From: an uncultured virus (IMG/VR IMGVR_UViG_3300046009_012017)
Lineage: Duplodnaviria; Heunggongvirae; Uroviricota; Caudoviricetes
Length of the DNA: 64,000 nucleotides
Reading direction: 5' to 3' (one strand)
IMG/VR virus record: IMGVR_UViG_3300046009_012017
The notes under the pieces were generated by a model. The model was given only the letters and a program-made list of their open reading frames with translations. It was not told the DNA's origin and did not search any database. Below are positions 48,978 to 56,629 of the stretch, piece after piece. Each line of letters starts with the position of its first letter. Positions within the stretch are counted from its first letter, which is position 1. The position numbers and the translations under genes were made by a program.

Positions 48978-49295
48978 ATGGAAAGAACGATCGATATAAT
49001 AATCGAAAGTATGTCTGATGAAGAGTGGGAAAAAATATCCCTGAAGGCCAGTGCTAATAGAGCACACAGGGCTGCTGAAAGGTATAGAGATAGGAGAGAT
49101 TCTGTTATAAAATTCGGTGACTGGATACTAAATCACTCTGTATATCCGGATTATAATGATAAAAATGAGCCTAGATGGACCACACGCTTTGGAGACGAGT
49201 ATACTTACTATACCACGGAAGAGCTTTTTAATATTTATATTAGAGGTGATTGGGACATGGAGGAAGATGATGAAACAGATGATGATTTAGTATGA
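48978..49295 (+). CDS. Hypothetical protein
   Basis: 105-aa ORF. Confidence 0.65.
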   Translation: MERTIDIIIESMSDEEWEKISLKASANRAHRAAERYRDRRDSVIKFGDWILNHSVYPDYNDKNEPRWTTRFGDEYTYYTTEELFNIYIRGDWDMEEDDETDDDLV

Positions 49296-49546
49296 CTGAG
49301 AAAGAATTACAAATGCTAGGATTTAATGGAACCCTAGTAAAAGATGAAAATTGGGGTATTTATTATTACTACTCTTACGAAATATCTAAGAACTTAAAAC
49401 TGGTATCTAATTCCAGCGACGGATTGAAGGATGGCGAAGAATGGCATGTAGAATTTCATGAATCAGATCCTCCCATCAGATTTTATAAATTTGGTGAAGT
49501 GCAGGGATTAATAAACAATCTAGAAAAACATAAGGAAAAACAATAG
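49292..49546 (+). CDS. Hypothetical protein
   Basis: 84-aa ORF; ATGA overlap. Confidence 0.65.
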   Translation: MTEKELQMLGFNGTLVKDENWGIYYYYSYEISKNLKLVSNSSDGLKDGEEWHVEFHESDPPIRFYKFGEVQGLINNLEKHKEKQ

Positions 49547-49548
49547 TA

Positions 49549-50748
49549 ATGAATAATCTGGACAAACAATACATTTCTCTTCTTAAAGACATTCTCGATA
49601 ACGGAGTGAATAAAGCAGATAGAACCGGGACTGGAACTATCTCCGTATTTGGTAGACAAATCAGACATAAAATGAGCGAAGGATTCCCTTTGCTTACAAC
49701 TAAAAAGATGCCTTTCAAGACTATCGTAACAGAATTACTGTGGTTTTTACGAGGCGATACGAATATTAAGTTTCTCGTTGATAATAATTGTCATATTTGG
49801 AATGGGGATGCTTTCAAAAACTTTATGGATACGAGCGAAGGAGATCCCGACTTAATCTGGAATCAAGATCAATTTATTAATATGATCAAGACGGATGACG
49901 AGTTTGCTAAACAGTGGGGTGATCTAGGTCCAATCTATGGTAAACAATGGAGAAATTGGGGAGGTAAACAAGTGTCAGTAAAAGACGGTAAAGTTGTAAC
50001 AACAATCAATGACCAAATCACAAACCTAATTAACGTCCTTAAAACAAATCCAGACAGTAGACGATTAATGGTTTCAGCTTGGAATGTTGGTGAATTGGAT
50101 TCAATGGTTCTTCCACCTTGTCACTATGGATTTCAAGTTTATACAAGAGAGTTGAGTTTAGATGAGAGAAGAAAATTGGCTAATTATGATTCTGTATTTG
50201 TATCACCTATTACGGTTGAATCTTGGGATAGAAATAATATCCCAACCAGAGCAATCTCTTTAATGTGGAATCAGAGATCTGTAGATACTTTCTTGGGTTT
50301 ACCATTTAATATAGCATCTTACGGATTGCTTTTAGAAATCATTGCAAAGGCAGTTAATATGGTTCCTGACGAATTGATAGGAAACTTGGGAGATGTCCAT
50401 TTATACTCGGACCATATTGATCAAGCTAAAGAACAAATTGGTAGGAAATATACTCCAGAGGAAAGAAAAACCCTGCTAAAAGATGCTATGAGCTGGCGTT
50501 TATATAATAAAGCACTTAATGAACTTATGCCATTTGGCGGAGGAATGTCGGAGTATTACGAGGCTCATAAAATACCATACTATAGTAGGGAGCCATACAA
50601 ATTACCATCTTTAAAACATATGAAATCTTTAGAATTCTATAACTCTTTATCCGAAGATGCGTCTTTATTTTCCCATCTGGAGATTAATGATTTTATGGTT
50701 GAAAATTATCAATCCCATCCTGCGATTAAAGCTAGATTATCCAATTAA
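49549..50748 (+). CDS. thyA: Thymidylate synthase
   Basis: DRTGTGT, FPLLTTKK, ELLWFL, GPIYG.QWR, DSRR, LPPCH, QRSVD.FLGLPFN, HLY. Confidence 0.97.
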   Translation: MNNLDKQYISLLKDILDNGVNKADRTGTGTISVFGRQIRHKMSEGFPLLTTKKMPFKTIVTELLWFLRGDTNIKFLVDNNCHIWNGDAFKNFMDTSEGDPDLIWNQDQFINMIKTDDEFAKQWGDLGPIYGKQWRNWGGKQVSVKDGKVVTTINDQITNLINVLKTNPDSRRLMVSAWNVGELDSMVLPPCHYGFQVYTRELSLDERRKLANYDSVFVSPITVESWDRNNIPTRAISLMWNQRSVDTFLGLPFNIASYGLLLEIIAKAVNMVPDELIGNLGDVHLYSDHIDQAKEQIGRKYTPEERKTLLKDAMSWRLYNKALNELMPFGGGMSEYYEAHKIPYYSREPYKLPSLKHMKSLEFYNSLSEDASLFSHLEINDFMVENYQSHPAIKARLSN

Positions 50749-50758
50749 TATTAAAAAT

Positions 50759-51052
50759 ATGGGAAGAGACACAACATGGGACGATCCTCAGCTTTCTGAT
50801 GGGGATATGAGACCTCTAAATCAAAAATTAAGAACTGAGCAAATAAATGAGCATCATCATAAAGTGATGTTTAATAATCGTCTTCTCGGACATATTGTTA
50901 TGGATATTGATGGTTATTATTATTTTGATTTTGTTACAGCACCAAATGGTCTATGGACATCTTACTCGTTAAGGATGGTTGCTGATGTTTTAGAAAAAAT
51001 GAATAAACCCCACGAGGAAAGAATAAAAGAATTTTTTAAAGATGAGCTATGA
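50759..51052 (+). CDS. Hypothetical protein
   Basis: Probable start MGRDTT. Confidence 0.65.
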   Translation: MGRDTTWDDPQLSDGDMRPLNQKLRTEQINEHHHKVMFNNRLLGHIVMDIDGYYYFDFVTAPNGLWTSYSLRMVADVLEKMNKPHEERIKEFFKDEL

Positions 51053-51285
51053 AAACAATCAAGATTAGGTACGTAAAAAGAAAAGACACCTATTACATGG
51101 AAAGAAAAACTTTATTTGGGTGGAAAAGGATAGGATATAGCGTGGATATGGGGTATGGAGGTTTTTGGCAATCCTATACCTCAAAAAATAAAGAAGAACT
51201 GTTAAATGAGGTTCTAGATAAACATTATAGCCTGTGTAAAAAACACGTAGAAATAGTAGAATATCCAATGATTAAAGTTTATTAG
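51049..51285 (+). CDS. Hypothetical protein
   Basis: 78-aa ORF; ATGA overlap. Confidence 0.65.
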   Translation: MKTIKIRYVKRKDTYYMERKTLFGWKRIGYSVDMGYGGFWQSYTSKNKEELLNEVLDKHYSLCKKHVEIVEYPMIKVY

Positions 51286-51289
51286 TATT

Positions 51290-51847
51290 ATGAAAGAAAT
51301 TGAAAAAGAAATAACACAAGAGGAAATCCAAAAAATCGAAAGATTAACAGGTGGAAAAATAGGGGCACATACATTTGGTCCAAACAACGAGCATACGTTG
51401 GATAATTCATTTCTATCACCTAACGGACACTATATCGGGAATTTCGAAAGAGCGCAATGGTACGTGAAAAATAGAATGATGGTAGACGAGGAATATCCAC
51501 ATGGGGTTGCAGCAGTTATTGTTGAAGAAACTTATGGTACAGATAATCCTATAATTGAGGGTATGTATGGGTATACTCACAGAGGTGGAAATATGTTTAG
51601 AATTGGAGATAGATTATTCGACGAAAAATACCAGCCACTTAAAGATGACTACCCTGAAGAGGATTGGAATAAATGGGAAGACAGATTTAAAGAACTTCGT
51701 GAGGAGAGTGACGATCTAGATAAAAAATGGATGGACGAGTCTGGGATATCATATGTTATACCATTTAGGTTAAGAGGTAAAAAAATCATAGAAACCATGG
51801 AAGAAGCTTTTGAAGCTGCTAAAAATATGTCCAATTATTTAAGTTAA
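51290..51847 (+). CDS. Hypothetical protein
   Basis: YGYTHRG...F.IGD.LFD. Confidence 0.75.
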   Translation: MKEIEKEITQEEIQKIERLTGGKIGAHTFGPNNEHTLDNSFLSPNGHYIGNFERAQWYVKNRMMVDEEYPHGVAAVIVEETYGTDNPIIEGMYGYTHRGGNMFRIGDRLFDEKYQPLKDDYPEEDWNKWEDRFKELREESDDLDKKWMDESGISYVIPFRLRGKKIIETMEEAFEAAKNMSNYLS

Positions 51848-51875
51848 TCAACGGTTTAATCAAATAAAATAAAAA

Positions 51876-52175
51876 ATGGAAAATTCAAAAATTTCACTTG
51901 TTATTAGATCTGGAATCAAAATCATTCAAAACAGCATTGAAGGTGTTACTATAAAAATATTAGACGATGAAATGTCTAGAAGCGAGCCAACAGAATTACT
52001 TCCTCTAGGAGCTCTAGGAGTTAACGTAAGGATAGATTGGGAAGAAATGGGATTTAGAGATGTTTTCCTTACAGCTCAATTGTGTGAGGACATGCACAGT
52101 TTATATGGAGATAAAATAGCAGAGGAATTTGTATTTCCTATGTTCAGAGAAGAAATGGAGAAAATCAATGGATAA
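51876..52175 (+). CDS. Hypothetical protein
   Basis: 99-aa ORF. Confidence 0.65.
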   Translation: MENSKISLVIRSGIKIIQNSIEGVTIKILDDEMSRSEPTELLPLGALGVNVRIDWEEMGFRDVFLTAQLCEDMHSLYGDKIAEEFVFPMFREEMEKING

Positions 52176-52176
52176 C

Positions 52177-52593
52177 ATGGAGCTTTTAAATACACACCCA
52201 ATCAAGAAATCTGATCTTGGGTTTCACGGAAATTTATTCGGAGGAAAATTGTTGGCTTGGATAGATGCAGCAGCAGCAGGTTATTGTATGCAGCTTTGTG
52301 ATAGCCCAAGGATGGTAACGGTTTCTATAGATAAATGTAATTTTGAGAAACCAGCTAGAGAAAGCCAGTTATTAAAAATATATGGCGCACCAACAAAAGT
52401 TGGCAACTGTTCAGTAACACTCTATATGGAAGCAAGAGCACATAATGTCTATACAGGAAAACAGGCTCTGGTTTTAAAAACACATATAACGTTTGTTCAC
52501 ATTGATGAGGAGGGAAATCCTATTCCGATAGGAGAGAAAGGAAAAATCCGGATAAATAGAATGGTTGGATCTCAACCGGACCCCAACCAATAA
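52177..52593 (+). CDS. Hotdog-fold acyl-CoA thioesterase (YciA-like)
   Basis: DLGFHGNLFGG.LL.WID, VTVSID...F..P, TFVHIDE.G.P. Confidence 0.85.
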   Translation: MELLNTHPIKKSDLGFHGNLFGGKLLAWIDAAAAGYCMQLCDSPRMVTVSIDKCNFEKPARESQLLKIYGAPTKVGNCSVTLYMEARAHNVYTGKQALVLKTHITFVHIDEEGNPIPIGEKGKIRINRMVGSQPDPNQ

Positions 52594-52598
52594 TACAC

Positions 52599-53012
52599 AT
52601 GGAGAAAGTAAAAATATATCTAGACGATATTAGGACGCCACACGACGATAGTTGGGTAGTTTGCAGAGATTATGATGATTTCGTTGAAAAAGTTCAGGAG
52701 ATTGGCCTAGATAACATAGAATTAATATCTCTGGATCATGATCTAGGAAAAACAGCTATACGAGAGTATTTTACTAACGTAACTACTAATTATATCCTAG
52801 ACTATGAGAATATCCATGAAAAAACTGGGTACGATTGTGCTAAGTGGTTGGTAGCAAAGAGCATGGAGGAAGATATAAATCTTCCACTTATTTTAACCCA
52901 TAGCGCAAATCCTATAGGATCTGCTAATATTATGGGTTACATCAATAACTACCTTAAAAATAAAAGAATGCCTCAGACTTGTGTAAGGACTAAGATACCT
53001 CACAATGCTTGA
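52599..53012 (+). CDS. Cyclic-phosphate-processing receiver-like domain protein
   Basis: IYLDD.R.P, ISLDHDLG, TGYDCAKWL, HSANP.G. Confidence 0.8.
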   Translation: MEKVKIYLDDIRTPHDDSWVVCRDYDDFVEKVQEIGLDNIELISLDHDLGKTAIREYFTNVTTNYILDYENIHEKTGYDCAKWLVAKSMEEDINLPLILTHSANPIGSANIMGYINNYLKNKRMPQTCVRTKIPHNA

Positions 53013-53025
53013 GATATATAGATGA

Positions 53026-53346
53026 ATGGAATTATTAAAGAAAATATCTTCTGCAGTACTATTATCTTTATTGATAGCTCTTCCACTTTCTTTTTTAGAA
53101 TCACTAACGATTTATTGTATCATAAATTTATATGAAATCCCATATTTAATAAATTTTGAATACTATCAAATAATGGGAATCAGCTTTATATACATGATAA
53201 CAAGAAACAGAATAAGAATAAAAAACGAATCCGAAAATGAAGATCTACTGCCCCAGATATTATCAATGAGTGCAAATAGATTTTTTAGAATAGTTTTTGT
53301 TTGGTCCGTTTCACTAGCAATACATTACTTATTTTTTAATTATTAA
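53026..53346 (+). CDS. Membrane protein
   Basis: Three hydrophobic segments; GATATATA at 53013. Confidence 0.7.
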   Translation: MELLKKISSAVLLSLLIALPLSFLESLTIYCIINLYEIPYLINFEYYQIMGISFIYMITRNRIRIKNESENEDLLPQILSMSANRFFRIVFVWSVSLAIHYLFFNY

Positions 53347-53351
53347 CCAAA

Positions 53352-53906
53352 ATGATTAGCTCTATTATAACTATAGTCATACCATGTATGAATAACGTTT
53401 TAGGTGTGAAGACGACAATAGAAAATCTGTCTACTAAAAGTAAAATAAATGGAACTAGAATTCTAGTTTTAGATTTTGGATCTAAGGACGGATCATATCA
53501 ATATGTTGCACAGGCATCTTCTGAGATGATACGCTCACTTAAGATTGAATCTATTAAAGCTGAAGCTGGTCAATCGGTTAAGGATTTTAAAAATATAATA
53601 CACACGGAATATGTTCTGGTTGTTTCTCCAGGAACAATATTTAACGATAAAGATTTCGTCCTGAAATCAATAAATGATATACTTGGGTATAGCAAATATC
53701 CAATAGTGTATTTAAAGCAATCCACACTAATAAATAATATGCTATCTAGATTCATAAACAAAAACAGAAGGATCGGGGCTATATTATCCAAAACCGAAGT
53801 AATGGAAGATATAAAGTTCGATCACGAGATATCAGATCTAGATATAAATCTTAAAAATAAATCTGTATCCGGTGGGATAAAAATAGGTGGATTTGCTGAT
53901 ATCTAG
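53352..53906 (+). CDS. Degenerate GT2-like glycosyltransferase
   Basis: ITIVIPCMN, ILVLDFGSKDGS; the DxD motif appears lost (VVSPG). Confidence 0.55.
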   Translation: MISSIITIVIPCMNNVLGVKTTIENLSTKSKINGTRILVLDFGSKDGSYQYVAQASSEMIRSLKIESIKAEAGQSVKDFKNIIHTEYVLVVSPGTIFNDKDFVLKSINDILGYSKYPIVYLKQSTLINNMLSRFINKNRRIGAILSKTEVMEDIKFDHEISDLDINLKNKSVSGGIKIGGFADI

Positions 53907-54109
53907 GATTGGTATATTTTACTTCTTCCTTTAGATTTTTTTTCGAGAATATCAAACTCTTCCCTTACGCTTCTCCAAAGAACCTCTAGGGGTTTGCTTA
54001 TATTACCTCCGTCTTTTTGAATAGAAGCTATCAGTTTTACCCATAGCTTAAATTCTCTTTCGTCTCTTACATTAATTCCCTCATTTTTAGAGGAATCTTT
54101 TGTTGACAT
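53903..54109 (-). CDS. Hypothetical protein
   Basis: 68-aa ORF. Confidence 0.55.
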   Translation of the reverse strand: MSTKDSSKNEGINVRDEREFKLWVKLIASIQKDGGNISKPLEVLWRSVREEFDILEKKSKGRSKIYQS

Positions 54110-54212
54110 CTTTTTTAATTTTAGTTAAACTTAATAACCTTTGTTTTGCTAAATTAACACATTATTGTTAATAAAAAAAATTAAAACCGATTTTTTTTGA
54201 TATTTATTATGA

Positions 54213-54506
54213 TTACTGAGTAGTTTTATCCATAGAATCCTTCGCATTTTTTGCCATCTGAGCATATTCATAAAGCTCATTGTTAACAAAGTATTCTATC
54301 GCTTTATCCATTGCTTTCGGAATATCCTGTCTTTTCATGTATATCTTAGAGTAAATCTCGTTGTCCCATGAGAATTCAATAAAAGACTCAGATTCTTTTT
54401 TATTTTTTATCATCGATATTGCAGTTTCAACGGATCTTTTGTAAACTTTATCTGGGTTATTTATTAACCACTCCTCTAGATAATCCGGATCAACTTCATT
54501 TCGCAT
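54213..54506 (-). CDS. Hypothetical protein
   Basis: Probable start MRNEVD; C-terminal YF...E.YE.A. Confidence 0.65.
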   Translation of the reverse strand: MRNEVDPDYLEEWLINNPDKVYKRSVETAISMIKNKKESESFIEFSWDNEIYSKIYMKRQDIPKAMDKAIEYFVNNELYEYAQMAKNAKDSMDKTTQ

Positions 54507-54605
54507 TTTCTTAGTATAAATCATATTAGATCATACCCTATAAAACAATTTTGTTCCGAAACTAAACGTGGTATATTCAATAAGAATTAATGAAATAATA
54601 ATATC

Positions 54606-54767
54606 ATGGAAAATTCAATAAATTTACCCTCTTGTATTTCTCATTTAGGAGAAGAGATTAGAATAGAAACATTAGAAGAAGCTATGAAGTTTGAGATACT
54701 AATGGATCTGTTTAAATCAAAAACATATCTAGAGATATCTAATATGATTGACAGCGAAAGTAAATAG
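54606..54767 (+). CDS. Small hypothetical protein (53 aa)
   Basis: Manual translation MENSINLPSCISHLGEE..., ends 3 nt before the next ATG. Confidence 0.55.
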   Translation: MENSINLPSCISHLGEEIRIETLEEAMKFEILMDLFKSKTYLEISNMIDSESK

Positions 54768-54770
54768 TAT

Positions 54771-55433
54771 ATGAAACTTGTATTTATATCTGATACACAT
54801 ACTCTACATAATAGATTTAACATACCAGATGGGGATTTTATAATTCATTGTGGTGATGTGTCTAGCAGGGGATATAGAAGTGAAGTTGAGTCATTTTTAG
54901 ATTGGTACGGAGATCTTCCACATAAGAACAAAATAATGATTCCTGGTAATCATGATTTTTTCTTTGAGGACTATTACCAGACCGCATTAAATATGACTGA
55001 GTCCAGAGGGATAAATTTGTTATTAGATAGTGGAGTTGAAATAGAAGGAATAAAATTCTGGGGATCTCCTATAACTCCATATTTTCACAATTGGGCATTT
55101 AATAGGTACAGAGGTTCTTCCATCCAACCACACTGGGACAAAATACCAGATGATATTGATGTTCTTATAACTCACGGACCTCCAGCTCATATAGAGAATG
55201 GATTATCTATGGTACTCGAGGGAGAGGATGTAGGATGTGAGGATTTATACAAAGCAATCAAAAGAGTAAATCCAAAAATAAACGCATTTGGACACATCCA
55301 CGAGGGATATGGGACATATCAGGACGATGATACTATTTTTATAAACTGTAGTTTGTTAAACAGAAGATATTCTCCAGTAAATAAACCAATAGAAGTATTT
55401 TATAATGATGGAAGGTTCTCTATCGATCAATAA
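54771..55433 (+). CDS. Metallophosphoesterase (MPPED/Icc-like)
   Basis: ISDTH, IHCGD, PGNHD, LITHGPP, FGHIHE. Confidence 0.92.
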   Translation: MKLVFISDTHTLHNRFNIPDGDFIIHCGDVSSRGYRSEVESFLDWYGDLPHKNKIMIPGNHDFFFEDYYQTALNMTESRGINLLLDSGVEIEGIKFWGSPITPYFHNWAFNRYRGSSIQPHWDKIPDDIDVLITHGPPAHIENGLSMVLEGEDVGCEDLYKAIKRVNPKINAFGHIHEGYGTYQDDDTIFINCSLLNRRYSPVNKPIEVFYNDGRFSIDQ

Positions 55434-55806
55434 TATACAAAAAACAACCCCGGTATCCGATTCATTCAGAAAAAAATTAGTGGAACTTGGATATCGGAAG
55501 TTTGACGGAAAACCTATAAAAGGTGAAATATGCTATGACGCATATTATAAGGACTTTAATGTTGAAAAAGAATTAAAGTATACGATATATTGCTACTGTT
55601 ACGATCTTAAAGGAATGTTAGATAATCCAGAATTGTTTGAATTTGCGTTTGAAACCCAAATAAATGCGGGTGCTGGTGTAATAGGCTTAGAAGCAATACA
55701 ATGGGATTTTAGAACTGAGGAAAGCTCTGAATTTAATATAAGATTTTTCGAAAATAGAGTAGATGCTGTTTGGAAATCTTTCGGATCTATTAAATTCCCG
55801 TCCTAG
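55405..55806 (+). CDS. Hypothetical protein
   Basis: 133-aa ORF. Confidence 0.6.
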   Translation: MMEGSLSINNIQKTTPVSDSFRKKLVELGYRKFDGKPIKGEICYDAYYKDFNVEKELKYTIYCYCYDLKGMLDNPELFEFAFETQINAGAGVIGLEAIQWDFRTEESSEFNIRFFENRVDAVWKSFGSIKFPS

Positions 55807-56561
55807 AAATCCATAAGTCTTTTTATAAATCTAAACTTATTACTTAGAGATTCTTTTAGTCTCGTTATTGATATTTCAAATTCTTTACCGAATTCTTTTG
55901 GTGCATCCTTATAAGAAGCCTGAGATTCGTCATTAGAATCCTGTGTATATTGCCAATAGAATGATAAGTCATCAGGAACATTGAATCCATAAAACTCATA
56001 AACTTGTTTTTGTGTTTCTAAAACCTGTTCACCGTTCCAGTTTTGACCAAGTATAACGCAACCAGCATCTATATTAGCTACTATATTTTCTTCACCTAGA
56101 GTTGTGTGCATATTTTCTATCCAGTTTAATCTTTCTATAAGTTTCTGGTAAAATGCGTTGGCTTGACCCCATCTAACACTTATGAAAAATATCACTGCGT
56201 CGGATTCAAAAAGCTCTTTTGATACCTTCCATAGCTCATCTTCTTTATTGTTTAATGAAGCCCAGCATCTGTGATATCCTGATGGATCCTTCTCCTCATC
56301 CTTTAATAAAGCATCTTTTACGCCACAGTTGTTTCCTTCCACCCCAGATACGTTACCCTCACATGGAAATATTTTAAGCTTGGGTATTTCTAACAAAGAA
56401 ACCTCAGTTGTTTCTTTTAGAATTTCCATCACTTCCATTGCTAATAGAGTGGATTTGGGAATTTCTTTGCTCCCCTCCCATCTATTAGAGGTTGTAAGAA
56501 GAAGTACTTTCTTTTTACCGGAAAGAGCCTGTATCAATTTTTCAAGTTGTTCATTTGGCAT
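55803..56561 (-). CDS. Flavodoxin-fold NAD(P)H-dependent FMN reductase-like protein
   Basis: VLLLTTSNR, KSTLLA, I.PCEG, ESDAVIF...VRWG, QKLIERL. Confidence 0.75.
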   Translation of the reverse strand: MPNEQLEKLIQALSGKKKVLLLTTSNRWEGSKEIPKSTLLAMEVMEILKETTEVSLLEIPKLKIFPCEGNVSGVEGNNCGVKDALLKDEEKDPSGYHRCWASLNNKEDELWKVSKELFESDAVIFFISVRWGQANAFYQKLIERLNWIENMHTTLGEENIVANIDAGCVILGQNWNGEQVLETQKQVYEFYGFNVPDDLSFYWQYTQDSNDESQASYKDAPKEFGKEFEISITRLKESLSNKFRFIKRLMDF

Positions 56562-56629
56562 ATATTATATATCTTAGAAATATTTTAGCATTTTAATCTA
56601 TAATATATAGAGTAAAATAAGAAGACAAG

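Noticed and set aside
49549..50748. Intron or intein in thyA (longer than typical)
   Set aside because: The ORF is continuous, the extra length is short in-frame insertions, and there are no intein end motifs
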